The position numbers and the translations under genes were made by a program. The notes under the pieces are model-generated. The model did not search any database. It saw nothing but the letters and a program-made list of their open reading frames with translations, and was not told the DNA's origin. From positions 35,280,001 through 35,344,000 of the forward strand of contig CM052817.1 in assembly GCA_028534125.1 (NCBI GenBank): 64,000 nucleotides of DNA, written 5' to 3'. The DNA comes from Lama glama (Eukaryota). Of this stretch, positions 33,601-48,600 are shown piece by piece; the first letter of the stretch is position 1; each line of letters opens with the position of its first letter.

Positions 33601-36600
33601 TTTGGAAATTTTATGTCAAGTTCCTAAACTCCTATTATCTCTGATCTTCGTCTAAATCATTCTTTCTAATGACTAGGGTCGACTTTTTGCATCTCATGAC
33701 CTGCATCAAAATTAGGTTCTCTTCTCATGGTTTTCTGTAACAGTGAGGAGAGGAGATGAAGGGTAGGGGGTAAGAAAGCATGATTAGAAAAATAGAAGGG
33801 CTTCCAAATGGTCTAACTTCAGTGAGTGGAGGTGTCTCCTCTTGCACATTAACTGGAAATCAAGAAACCCATTTCATGGTAGAGTGCATGCCTAGCATGC
33901 ACGAGGTCCTAGGTTCATTCCCCAGTATGTCCATTAAAAATAAATAAATAAGCCTGATTACCCCCACCCCCCCCAAAAGAAAGAAAACCTTCTGGCTGAA
34001 CTTTGCCATTTTGCCTGCCATGGAAAGCCAAAGTCTGGAAAAATACAGCATTTTTTCCCCTAGCAAGTTAGTTTAGTTATTGTATTGTGAGTATATTGTA
34101 TATATATGAAAATACTAGTGTAGTTATATTAATTTTAATGTATCTTAGCTAATTCTACTTCAGTTCTGCTATGAGGCAGGTTGATAGTGGGAAGAGCACA
34201 GAATTAGATACCAGATTTAGGGTTTTTCCTAGTCCTGCCATTTCCTAACCATTCTTTTTCCTTTCATTTGACCTAGGCAACATCCTTGACTCCACCTTTT
34301 TGACTCTTAGTTTCCTAATCTCTATAATTATTTACATAATTATAATTTTTCACAAAATTATGTGAATGAAATGTGATGATGCATTGAAAATACTTTGTAG
34401 AGTATAAGGTTCTATGCAGATAAATTAATTTTTATTAAAATTATTTAATTACTCTGTATGTTCACTGATTCATCATTTCAGATAACTTAGTCTCCTAAAT
34501 TAACTTTAGGAAATTTTTTTCCAAAATCTGATGTTTCCATGTTATTTTCACAGTTTTGAACGTTGGTAAAAAACTCTATGAGGGCAAAACAAAAGAAGTC
34601 TATGAATTGTTGGATAGTCCAGGAAAAGTCCTCCTGCAGTCCAAGGACCAGATTACAGCAGGAAATGCAGCCAGAAAGAATCACCTTGAAGGAAAAGCTG
34701 CAATCTCAAATAAAATTACCAGTTGTATTTTTCAGTTGTTACAGGAATCAGGTGAGTGGCTCCCCCTACAGCCTCCTCCCTTTTGCATACGCCGCTCTGA
34801 TCTCTTTAACGGGGAGATGGTACTGTTTGGATTAACAACATGTTTGGGGATGTCTCTCATGCTAAGCTTATTTAAATCAAACCAGGAACTCAAACTTCAC
34901 TGTAACACTTTATTTGATTTGGAGTTACTAAGTTGTATCATTTGATTAGTTAAAAAGAATCTTAACAGTTTGCTGTAGTCTTCCTAGGAGACATCTTCCT
35001 AGGAGAGACTTACCCATGCAGGAAGGAAGCACATTCTGGTGTTAGGCAGCTCTAATTGATGAATTGAAATTTAGTCTCTGTAAATCTATATAAATTTGCT
35101 CCACCCCCTTGGAGATAATACAGAATTTCAAATCCCTCTTCCACTTGAAACCCCTGAAAAGTCGTTGAAGATCACATCTGCTCATCCTGCCATTCTCCAG
35201 GTGAGGGATTTGGGCTAAATCAAAGATGTCCAGGGTTACCTCCTACTCTAAAACTGAATGAAGACTGTTTCCAATAGAGAAATCTATTTGAAAGATGAAA
35301 TTCAGATCAGAGTATTTTGTGGAAGGTACTTGGAGTGAAAGGAGGATTAGGATAACCATTTTTCTGCAGGGATTTAGTCAAAAGCTGATTGGTCTGTAGT
35401 ATGTAAAATCTCAGCCAGCAAAAGATTTCAGCTCCCTGTCCACTGTAAGAGACCTTGTGCCTTAGGTCACTCAACCTTTTAAGCCTCCAGTTGCTCATCT
35501 GTAAAATAAAAGCATTGTTCTTTATCATCCCAGATCTAATTTTATAATTTAATAACTTCATCTCCTTTTACTTCCAGTATCTCCAGTTGTCCTCTCATTT
35601 CCTAGATCTTCCAGTAAGAATTAATCTTTCTTAAATCCAAAGGGGGATTTAATACCTTTGTTTCCAGTCAAGATAGATGTGTCTGCTTTCCACAAAAGAG
35701 CGAGGTAGTTCAAGTTAAATCCATTTTGTCAGTACAGAATGGGTTCTTGAATAGTTTTGCCTTTTCCAAAGTACCCTGTTTCACATTTTTAAATTAATAT
35801 GAAAAAAACTGTTTAATTGCCAACCTAAATTATCATCCACATCATAAATTCCTCTATGCATTGAAGATAAATATATTGCTATAAATTTAAAGCACTTCTC
35901 ACAGTACCTAAGTAATACTATCCAGGATTTTGCTTTAAGGCTTTCTGGATTGGTAGTTTCCCAATGACCGAGGAGATTTCTAGAGAGAGCATCAAACTAA
36001 TTTTAGCTTTCTTTTGCAGTACAGATACAACTGATCCATTTGTTAACCTCACAAGTTATCTCCTCCCCATACACATTAATTTTTTTTTAGTTGTTGAACA
36101 CTGTAAGTTAACAATACAAAAATTATCTTTTGTGTTCTCATAGTAATTATACATAGCTATGGGGCTTTATATATGTATATATATATAAAATAATAAATAA
36201 AAAATAAAATATATATACACTTTCAAGTAATGGAAGGTAAATATAGGCTTAAGTTTTTATTTGCTTGTTTAATAAGGCACTTATTCAGTGTACTTGCTGG
36301 GGCTTAAGAACAAGTGAATTAGGATGATCCAAGTTGTCTCTGTCCAGGACTTTCCCAGTTTTGACTCTGAAAGTCCTTCGTTCAACTGAGAAAGTTGGTT
36401 ACCCAAGTGAACTTCTCCAGCAATTATCTTTATTTGTCACACTTAACATAGCTAAAACTTACTTGGTTCACAGGAAGTGTTGAAAGATGTTTTCCAGGTT
36501 TTATATACTGTGAAATTAAGGAAAACTTAAGTTTTTAAAAAAATTCTTTAGAGTATTTTATGATACAATTAAGAGTCCTATTAAGCCTCATGTAATTTGT

Positions 36601-39600
36601 ACTTGCTAATAGTTAAATGCTATGTCTTGACCATCAGTGGACTATTTAAGACAGCTTTCTTTATAACCAGGGGTGTGTTCCTAATGAAAGTGTTTCTAGA
36701 AATTTGAATGGGGAGAGTACCAGAATGAGAATCGATATACCAGAATTCAAATTTTCTTTGTCACTCATGAGCAAACTGTAAAAGACTATACAGATAGCAG
36801 GTATAGATAATACTGTTTTCCATGGAAATAATATACGTACCGTACCTGAATTTTGAAGTTCCTGGATTTATTCTCAATAGTTAAAAATCAGAATTTAGCT
36901 TTTTAAGTCTCAGTGCCCTCCCACACAGAAACCAACTCTAATTACGTTTAGCTGTGGTGGTAGTGATATGACTGACAGTCCTGTAGGTGTTAAACCACAG
37001 ATGGGGAGCTAGGCAACCTTAATACAGGGACGGCCTCAGGGGTAACTGGGCTGATGAGCTGTCACTGTCAGCCATTGTAATTCAGAATATGAAGTGACAC
37101 ATTTTCACTCTTTTTTTTTTTTTTTACATTTTCACTCTTTGATAGAAGTTTTGAATTTTGTAAACAAGTGAGAAAAATGAGGGGAGTTCACCAATAAATT
37201 TGGATACTAGTCTGTCGAGCTTGGTAGACAAGTGAGCAGATACGACTATTAACAGTCCTAAAAAAGAAGCACTCTTAAAGCCAGGCATGTAGTTACCACC
37301 TCAAATTAAGGATTGATTTAAATCTCCTGTCTGCCCATGAGCCTAATCATTCATTAAAGGTTAAAATGGCCTAAATATTTTACCTAAAGGTTTTTAACAT
37401 TCTTTCCCAGAGGGAATGCAGAGAAAACAGTACACATTTTAGAACCAGATAGTGCATTTCAGGTCCAGGCTCTTTTACTGATTGGCAGCATGACCTAACT
37501 TGTTAAATTACTTAACTTCTTTGAGCCTCTATTTCTTTCACTACAAAATGTAAATAATAGTACTTACCTCAAAAATTTTATGTTTGATTAAATAAAGTAA
37601 CATGTAGAACACTTAGCATGAAGCAACGTTTCCATAAATGTAGGTTCCCATTATGTGTGGGTACACACAGAAGATCAAAGATCTTCAATCCTTTCCTGAT
37701 TTAAAAAAAAATTGATCTTATTAGAGGATTAGATTGGGATCGGAGGTACTAACATTTTAGTCTGAAGATGGGCGTTAATACGTTCAGCCCATGCAGGTTT
37801 CCAGAAGATATTTTAATCCATGTTTATGCTATAGTATTTGTACTGTAATGTATTAACACCTCTAGGAGAGACAGTATAGCATAGTGGTTAAGTCAGCAGC
37901 CTACAGAGTTCAGACAGTGTGGGTTGGAAACCCTGCTTTCCCTAATCCTTACTGACATAACTGCTGTGTCTCTGTTCTTACCTGTTTCGTTGGATGACTA
38001 TCATATCTTATCAGGTATTACAAACAAACATAAATAAATAGGATTAAACAAAAAGAAAATGAATTTACAATGCCTTAAAGTAGGTCTTGCAAATTGTGGT
38101 AAAATATACATACATAAAATTTACCATTTTAAGCATTTTTAAATGTATGATTCAGTGTCATTTAAGTACGTTGATAGTGTTGTGCAACCATCAATCACCA
38201 TTCTCAATTTCCAGAACTTTTTCATCCTCCCAAACAGAAACTCTGACCCATTAAACAGTAACTCTCCTGGTAACCTCTGTTCTACTTTCTGGCTCTATGA
38301 ATTTGTCTATTGTAGGTACCTTGTATAAGTCAAATTACACAATTTTTAACCTTTATTTCACTTAGCATAAGGTTTTCATGGACCATCCATGTTGTAGCCT
38401 GTATCAGAATTTCTTTTTTTATGACTGAATAATCATTGTATGTATTTACTACATTTTGTCTATCTACTCCGCTCATCTGTTGTTGGACACTTGGGTTGTT
38501 TCCCTCTTTTGGCTATTATGAATGTTGCTGCTGTGAACAATGATGTACAAATATCTGTTTGACTCCCTGCTTTCAATGTTGTATATATACCTAGAAGTGG
38601 AATTGCTGGGTCATATGGTTTATGATACATTGTAACTATTATTAGATTATTATTTTCCAGGACTACCATATAAAATAGCTCCCATCCTAAACATCACAAG
38701 GCGGCTCTTTATCTCAGTTTTTCAGTAATATTTTAAGTAAGAAGAGAGAGGAAGGACAAATATTTTCTTTGCTCTTGGCCAAACTGGCCACTGTTCCCGC
38801 TGCTACCTATTGAATGCTTTTTTCAAGGATTATTTTCTTTAAATATTCAGAGAAAAGGGCTATCCAAAATTTAGGGCTGTATCTGATTGTGATAAGTAGA
38901 TTAATATTTTATAAGGCCCATATAATGCTGGACCCTAGAATATGAGAATCCTGCAGCCAGGTCTGATTCAGAGGTAATTGGGTGCCACTTAGTTATACGC
39001 CTTGTGCAAAGTTATGTGTACATTGGCAGAGGAGGTACTCTGTTTTTCCAATGGATGAATGATGGTAAAGACACTGGGATACAGATTTTTTTGGTCCAGT
39101 ATATACTTTGCCATGCAACATTGAAATGAAATATTCCTGAATATTTTGATAAGCAGTAGAAAGCCATATTAATAATTTTGTTTTCTTACTTCTACCTTTT
39201 TTTTTTTACTTTTTTTTTTTTTTTTTTGGTAGTGCTGTTTAAGGATAATGCATTTGGCTAGGTAGGGTTTTTGTTTTGTTTTAAGGGTGGACTTTTATTA
39301 TGCCTCGGATCTACCTTTAAAATTTTTTTTTCTTTTTGTCATCAATATGTAGGTATCAAAACTGCTTTCACCAGAATATGTGGGGAGACAGCTTTCATTG
39401 CATCTAGGTGTGAAATGATTCCAATTGAATGGGTTTGTAGAAGAATAGCAACTGGTTCTTTTCTCAAAAGAAATCCTGGTGTCAAGGAAGGATATAAGTT
39501 CTACCCACCTAAAGTGGAGATGTTTTTCAAGGTAATTATTTGGTAATTATTTTATGCCTCCCTGTCTTACTATAACATAGCAACCAGTTTAGTAAAAAGT

Positions 39601-42600
39601 CAAAAGATTTAAACATTATTAAAGCTTTTGATACTGCAGTTGTCATTCCAGAAATATATGTCAAAAAAGTTTACTTTCATTAGCAATGATAATTCAGATT
39701 TTTAAAAGAAAACATCTGTGAAAATCTTATCTTTCTTTGAAACAAGATGACTAACAAAATGAACAAATTAAAATTAGCAGTTACTAGGAAGGAAAGTAAC
39801 GATTCAATAAATTTTAAAATCTGTTGAAGAATTTGAAGTGAAGGCTAATATGAGGGATCTTTTTATATTCTAATACAGGAAACTGTATTAATGTCTCTTA
39901 TAAGCAAAAACATATAAAGTATAATAAAGGAAATAGGAGTCAACAGTTACAAATTTGTATTGATTTTTATTGAAACTGCTTTTATCTGTTCATCTTTATG
40001 ATATTAGGCATATTTCTTCTATTTCAGAAGCAATGTCAAATCAAGAATCCATAGATAAACAAGTTTATGCTGTATAGCACAGAGAACTATATTCAATATC
40101 TTGTAGTAACCTATGGTGAAAAAGAATATGAAAACGAATATATGTATGTTCCTATATGACTGAAGCATCGTGCTGTACTCCAGAAATTGACACATTAACT
40201 AACTATACTTCAATTAAAAAAAAAATCCATAAAAGTGGGTGAGTGTAGCTCAGTGGTAGAGCATGTTCTTAGCTTGCACAAGGTCCTGAGTTCAATCCCC
40301 AGTACTTTCATTAAAATAAATAATATGTAAAAAAAATTTTAAGAAGGTAGTTTATTTAAAAAAAAAAGAATCCATAAAAGAAAATTTTCACTGGGACAGT
40401 ACTTAGAATAAAGTAAAAGTTTTTTATTTTCTCACCAATCTCTTTATTTTTCTCTTGAATTGTCAAGTAATGTCCCTGAAGACTTCTAGTCTTGTATAAA
40501 TACTTATAAAAAATAAGGTCAGGGGATTATGAAAGTTGCATTCTGGAAAGATTTTGGTGGACTAAAATGTGTTTTTGCCTTACCAAATCTATTGACTTTG
40601 ATTAAGGAAAACTAAAAATTTCAAATTTGTATTTAAATGATGATTTATATAGAGACAGCAAATTCTAATTTATGACCTAGAATAAGTTACCTAAATATTT
40701 TAAAGGTAGCTATTGAAAGTAGAAAAGTTAAAAAAATGATTTCTTTGAATTAAAGTATATATTTTTTAAAATTAAATTTTTAGAGAAGATGAATATCTCT
40801 CAGAAATTCATGCTCAATTCAATTTATCTGTGAAGCTCAAAATTTTTATATTTAGATTAATTGTTCTCCTATACTTTTTTCTCAGGATGATGCCAATAAT
40901 GATCCACAGTGGTCTGAGGAACAGCTAATGGCTGCAAATTTTTGCTTTGCTGGCCTTGTTATAGGCCAGACTGAAGTGGATATCATGAGTCATGCTACAC
41001 AGGCTATCTTTGAAATACTGGAGAAATCCTGGTTGCCCCAGAACTGTACGCTGGTTGATATGAAGGTACAAATAAAATGGAGATTTGAAAGTAAAGATTA
41101 TAACTGAGAAATGGCTTTAGTAGTATAGTTTTGAAAACCTCTTGTGGTGATGTACTGTTTCTAGATTGAATTTGGTGTGGATATAACCACCAAAGAAATT
41201 GTTCTTGCTGATGTTATTGATAATGATTCCTGGAGACTCTGGCCTTCAGGAGATCGAAGCCAACAAAAAGACAAACAGGTAGGTAATGCTTCAGGTTTTT
41301 TTTTTTCTTTCTTTCTTTTTTATCCTTTGTAAGATCAGGCTGGGATAGAGGAGAAAGGGAAGACGGGAGGAAAAGAAAAGGCAGTTGTTGTTCCTTATGA
41401 TATGAACCTGAATTGTTGATTGCTGTGTAATTTTAAACATGTATTTCTCACGTTTCCTGTATCCTGAAAAAAGAGATAGGAATAATACTTTACAAAGCAC
41501 ATTTCTCGCTTATTTTAACAGACTCTTACACAGAGCCAGTATTATCCTTGTTGGGCTAATTGAAAACTAAGGCTCTTAGAGGATAAAAGTCTTCACGATT
41601 ATATAAGTAAGTGGCAGATCTGGAACCCTGTCTCAAGTCATGCAGATCTTATGAGGTTCCATTTCTGTTCTTTCCTATGGAAAACAAGATTAGGGCAAGA
41701 CCCTCTCTACGTAATACATGAGAATTGTCAGGGCAGTTAACTGTAGTTGCTAGTGTATAAAGCACTTATCCTTAAATGGAAATTAACTATACATTACTAT
41801 CTGAACTTTCTGTTGTCTAATTCAGGAAATGAATACATTTACAGGTAGATCTTTTGCTATGCCACCTCTTCATAATTTATACCTAAAACTCAAAAACCAA
41901 ATTAACTTCAGATAGCAAAAATATTACTAACAGAATACCCAATATCTTTTTTAGTCAGAAACTGACTGAGGTCTGGGAATTGGATGAGAGGTAGTGAGTC
42001 TCTATAGTGGTGGCTCATATCAGTCATCTCTGCTGATTAGACCTGGTTGCTTTTTTTTTGGTGGGGCTGGAGAAGTCATGCACATGAAGTATTCTAAACT
42101 TTCTATTTTATTTTCTAGTCATATCGTGACCTCAAGGAAGTAACTCCTGAAGGGCTGCAGATGGTAAAGAAAAATTTTGAGTGGGTTGCAGAAAGAGTAG
42201 AGGTAAACCTTGTAATAAATCCATATTGTATTGTGTTTTTCTCTAAGAAAATCTTGCTTCAAAAAGAGAAGAAGCAAGATGGTTCTGTGCTTTTCTTTTT
42301 TCCAATAACTTTAAAGGGGCACCTTTAAGAAATGTACCAGCTGAACTGTTCTCACTGGCATCCTGGAACCCTCTTGTGAAATGGGCCAGGCCACTTCTCC
42401 TAAGTTCTTTTAGGGAAACCTGGAATCCTTTTCTCCTTACCCCTTGCAGGAGAAGCTTTACATTTCCCACCTACCTGTCCGCTGCTACTCAGAGTTCCAT
42501 TAGCAGAGTTCAGAATTGGAACTCCATGCAACATTAAAATGGCAGTTTAATATTTATGGTATTATTATTACTATAATCCCATGGACATTGAATAGGGTTT

Positions 42601-45600
42601 GTGGTTATCCAAGGTAGTAACTACTTTTTAGGACATCATTTCCATGGGAACATGCCTTTTGAATTCCAAGCAACTAGCTTACAAAGATTTATAACATGAC
42701 CTTTATTTTGGCTGATTATGCCTTAAAACTTCTGTTAAACAGAATGTACTAAAAATCTTAGATAAAATATATTATAACTCCCTGAACACTAATTAAAAGT
42801 TTTGAGTGTTTATCATTGCTTTTTATTAATAGTAAACATATTTTCTGTTAATAGTAAATATAATTTAGTAAACATACTTTTTGTTAATAGTAAACATAAT
42901 TTATCTGATTTATAATCTTACTCTTTAGGGGTCTTAATTATGAAGACCACTTTCCTTTATATATGGAGGTTATCTTGAAAAATAAAACCTATCATTTTGT
43001 TCTGCTTGTCTCTTTCTTAAATTTGGTCTTAATAGAAAGAAAATACTCTGTCAAGTTATAATTTTACTATAAATTATAACTCTGTAAACGGACTTTTTTT
43101 ATGGTACTTATTCCTGTATTTATCCAAATTTGTCCTTACCATCTTTTGCATATTCATGTTTTTCTCTTCCAGTTGCTTCTGAAACCAAAAAGTCAGTGCA
43201 GAGTTGTAGTATTGATGGGCTCAACTTCTGATCTCAGTCACTGTGAAAAAATTAAGAAGGCTTGTGGAAATTTTGGCATTCCATGTGAACTTAGGGTAAC
43301 ATCTGCCCATAAAGGACCAGATGAAACTCTGAGGATTAAAGCTCAGTATGAAGGTGAATGTCGAATAACTAGAGCATTTCAATAAGTTCTCCTGATTTGC
43401 CTCCAAATTATATATTTAGACTAATAATGCTGAAAAATAGCTTTGCCCCATTTCCAAGGGGAAAAAATGTGATATTCTAGACTTTCTTGATATTTACCTA
43501 CAAAAACTTTAAGGTGCTGTTGGAGCTTATAAAAGAGTTAGAATTAGTCTTTACCTAATAAGAAGCCCGTCAAGCATTGCTTCAAATACTCTTCAACAGA
43601 AAATAGGCCCCACGGCAGTTACAGGAGACCTGAGGTTGAAGCAGCAGATCCTCTGAAGTATCTTGAATGGCTGTCCTTTTCTGGGAGGCAGTCAAACATG
43701 AAATTAAGGAATAATTGCAGAATTTAATTCATAAAAGAAGTGGCTTGATGGGATAGCATAGATCTAAAATAACGGAGCCCTGGAGACACAACCAAGTTTC
43801 TCAACTAGAAAAAAATGTTGGTTGAGTATTCCTTCTAAAGATAGTTACTATAGGAGTATAATTATTGAGTTTGGGTTTGTTTTGTTTTGTTGGCTGACAC
43901 AGGGCAGGGGTGGGTGGGTGGGTCTAAGATCCCTATGATAAGCTAGTAAAAGCCAGAACTATTTCTACAGAAAAATACAGATACATAAAATTTTGGATTC
44001 TCAGTTAGGAATCTCTACTGTAGGAAACAAATAATTTATGAAAAAATGAAATGTTTATGAGATATGTTAAAAATATATATATATTTATAAAAGGGCCTTA
44101 AATATTTGAGTACTATATTATTGAATTCATTTCTTCAATTCTTGTTTCAAGAAGTGTCCCCAAACCTCTAGTCTCTATTAACTTGTCTCCCATACCCTGT
44201 AGGTTGAAGGACATGAGGACAGATGCTGGTTCAGGTGGTGTCATTCTTTGCCTCAGAGTGTAAGCAGCAGCAGTGAAGGGGCCTTTGAGCCATTTCCTCA
44301 GTAGCACCTTGGTACCCTCTTTATAGTATAGATCTCAAAAGATGGCCAAACCTATTCTTGCTACTTCATTACTTGATATACATACAGTAAGTGGCAGAAT
44401 GAACCTTGTATTTTGAATGTATATCTAACAATATTATCTTAATATAGTGCTTTTTCTACAGATTGCTATTAAAGGAAGTCAAGGAGTTACTGCATATGGG
44501 TCCCCCTCTTTTTTAACCCATCTTTAAATCTCTTTTGAATGTTTAGCCTAATAATAAACCTGTAATTTCCCTAGGGGATGGCATTCCTACTGTATTTGTG
44601 GCAGTGGCAGGCAGAAGCAATGGTTTAGGACCAGTGATGTCTGGTAACACTGCATATCCAGTTATCAGCTGTCCTCCTCTCACTGCAGACTGGGGAGCTC
44701 AAGATGTGTGGTCTTCTCTTCGATTACCCAGTGGTAAGATACGCTGACTTTCTAAAAATTATTAAAAAGTTTCAAACAAGCACAATAGTAGAGAGAATAT
44801 AACAATGAAATCTCATGTACCCATTATCCAGCTTCAGCAGTTAACATCTTGTTGCATCTGTAGCCCTCTCCTGCTGGATTATTTTAGAAGCCCAACGCGC
44901 TTGTCCATTGTGCAACAGAGCCAGTTTCCTGCTGGATTATTTTAAAGCAGATCTGAGACATTATAGCATTTTATACTTAGATATTTAAGTATGCTTTTCT
45001 AAGTGATACTTTATAGTTTTAAAACCATAATCAGGATACCGTAAGAAAAATTAATGGTAATTTCTTAAAATCATTTAATTCCAGTTAGGGTTCAAATTTT
45101 TCCAGTCATCTCATTTGTTTTTACAGTTGGCTTGTTCAAATTAAGATCCAACACAGTCCCTACCCTGCATTTAATTGATACATCTCTTAAGTCTCTTTTA
45201 ATCCCCTTCCTTTTTTTCCTTTCATTTGTCCTATAGAATCTTCCACATTTTGGATTTAGTTGGTTATATTCCTGGGTGTTGTTTACTATGCTCATCCACC
45301 CCCTATATGTTCTGTAAACTACTGGTAAGATCTGTAGTTATTTCAAGTTCAGATTTCTTTTTTTCCACCCAAGAATACATCATTCATTATATTGAGTTTT
45401 GTTTGTTTTTTTTTTTTAAAGTAAATGTGGTATTACTTTTGTAGAGGAAATGAAATTTTTAAAAAATTAGGGGTTAGAATAATTAAAACACAAGGAAGTT
45501 TCATCAGTTGGCTGCCTGAGCAGTCTCATAAAATAACAATATTGTGGTATGCTCATCATAGTCCAAGATAATGATCTGATCTACAAGTCCTAAGAATCAT

Positions 45601-48600
45601 GACTGTTTTACTTTAGTAGAAGTTGATTTGCTTATTATTTAAACCTCCAACTTCTCTCTCAGTCGTGTAAGTGTAAATCTGCTCATGTGTGGAGTATGTT
45701 ATGTACCTGTGCCCCCTGACCTGTTCCCATATGGACTGGCTTCTCTCCAGGCCTGCTGCACTGCTCTCAGCATCATGGATGTTCATTTTGCCTTTCTCTA
45801 GTATTGGATCTCTTGTGTCCTAGGTCCCACGTCTTCGCCTGCCTTGGCTTACTTTTTGTTGGAAAACATTCTTAGTGAACTCCCTGAGGAAAGGGTATAG
45901 AAGATAAACTTCCTGAGACCTCACATATCTAAAATGTTTGTATTGTAGCTCACACTGATTTGATAATTTAGGAATCGAATTCAAGGTTGAAAATTATTTT
46001 GTCAGAATTTTGAGGGCTTACTCCACTGTCTTCTAGCTTCCAGAGTTATTGAAAACTCCAGTCCCCTTCCACTATAGGTGATTCTGGGTTGTTTTATGCA
46101 TTGTGTTTCTTTCTGGAAGCTTTTAGGATCTTTTCAATCCATTGTCCTTAAATCTCAAAGATGTGTCTTGGTAAGTCCGTTTTCATCCTGGCATTTTAGT
46201 TGGCTCTTTTAATCTGGAACATCAATTCTTTAGTCCTGGGAAATTTTCTTGAATTCCTTAATAATTTCCTTCCCCCTCCACTTTCTTTCTTCTCTCATTT
46301 TTGAATTTATTTTTCACATTTGAACTTCCTTCATTTCTATTTTGTTTTCTTATTCCTGTTGCTATACCTCCTGGAATATTTCCTCAGCTTTACATTCCAA
46401 CCCTTCCATTGAGTTTTCATTGGGTACAGTATTTTTAATTTCTTACTCGTCCCTCCCAGACATCCTTTTCTTGTTTAATCTTTGCAATAACCTCTCAGTA
46501 ATCTGAGGTTATTATTATTTCTTTCATATTGGTTCCTTTCCTTAGCTGTTTGCTGAGCCTTGGCTGTTTGCTCTTAAAGAATGGGCATAGTAAAAACCAA
46601 CTGGAAGCTCTACAAGTGGGTGGGGCTTGTCACAAGTGGCCTCGACTGTGGGGTGATCTTGTAGGGTTGTTCTTTGAATAACCCCCCACATCAGTGTCTT
46701 CAGTCTTTTCTCATGTATTGGCCAGAACTACCCAGAGAACCTTTCTAGTCTCAGTCTCTGCCTGAGGAAGTGAACTTGGCTGCCAGCATTCTGGAAGCTG
46801 GCGATCTTAACAAATGTGTGCAAACTTAATCCCATGTTTTCACTGTAGCACTCCTTGCCTCAACTGTGCCTGGTTGGCACAGAAGTCTGGACTAAAGTGT
46901 TTTGCCTCCAGAAAAATTTAAAACTGCCATGGTGCAGAATGGGCCACTGCTAAGATACATAGAGTAGGGAAGGGGATCTGATGGCCTTACTGTTCAACTT
47001 CTACTCAGTGTTCCTTTTAGCCCCATTTTCACCCTCACTCTTCCCCTCAAAGGTATCTGGTATCACCAATTCCTCAACCTTTGAGTGAGTTCTCTAATGT
47101 CAGGTAGCTTTTCATCTTCCCTGCTTCTAGTTTAGGTTTAAATTTTCTTGGTTTGCTAAGTTAGTTACTACTCGATTTGCCACGTTATTGCTGTTATCTC
47201 TTTGTTCGTGTATGTTTGTCTATTTCCTTATTCCCTTTACTGTTGTTTTTATAGGTTTCAGAGAAACATCTTTTGACTAATCCATCTTTAACTAGATAGA
47301 TCTGATTATATCAGCTTCAGCAAGTTAAAAATCTATAACTACAAATGAAGCTATACCCAAATTTATTCCAGACGAATGGCATAGGTATTATTATCCATGG
47401 AGCTTAGAAAAAGGAATGTGGTGAGCAAAAATTTGGCAGTTTTTACCTAGTAATATCCAAGGGGAGACAGAATCTAGAAGATTTGTACATTCTGGTCAGT
47501 AGAATTGGGGATAATCTTTTGAGGAACAGTTTTACAGTGGCTATATAAAATCCTAAAAACTTTCTCTTATGGCATGCTCCCCAGATAACTTCATTTTTTT
47601 TCTAATTAAGCTTTCTTAATATCAGAAAGGGAGTCCTGGGCAGCAGGCACAGGTATCTCAGTTGCTAGAGTGGAACACTCTACCCAGTATAATACTAATG
47701 GTTGACATTCACTGAGTACTTACTCTGTGTGCCAGGCACTGTGCCACGCACTTACTCTGTTTATACAGTAACTCACTGAATCCTCACAAAAGGTAGCTAC
47801 TAGTTATCACTCCCATGTTACAGATAGGGATACTAAAATTAAGTAATTTGGCTGATGTTAGTTACATAGTAAGTGGTATAGCTATATGTAAATTGATTTA
47901 TTAATACAAATTAAATAAACCTTGTGATTTCTGCTTTAGTCTGTTCTTACTGGGGATAGTAAGAGTCAGAAAGCCTGATGAATTCCAAGAGTTTGGGGAA
48001 AATATAGCTTTTGGAATTCTAAGCTAGCTAGTCCTTGACTCTAGGGACAAAGACGTAATGGTACCACCTCAAGAAACTCCTTGAGCAAACCTGTGGTGCC
48101 CAAGAAGTTACTTTCTTTTTTTTAGATCTTATTACTGAAATATTATTATTGAATTTATTTATAACCTGATTCTTAGAATTATTTTATGGATTTGACTTTT
48201 TCACTGCTTAAAAATGTTAGAATACTTCAAGTGCAGAGACAAAAGGAATAACTAGAAAATTACCAGAACAATTAACATACCTCAGGTTTGTCTAAGAACA
48301 GATGCTTCGCTTCTACCCACTTACCTCATTCTTTGTTTTATTTCTGTTGCCTTTCATCAGATATTTAAAGGGATAGTCCATGTGAAAAGAACTTTGAAAA
48401 AAGTAAATTTCTTTGCAAGTGGATTCAGTGAGGAGAATGATAGTTGATGTATATAAAATATCTGTTCCCGGTAGATAAATATTACTTAGCCTCTTATAAT
48501 TACTTTATCACTCTAATAGTAAAGATGGAAATTCCTTCCACACATCCTACTTTAGACAAGGATAATATAGTAGCTTTTATTGTTTGTAGCTAGCAGGGCT

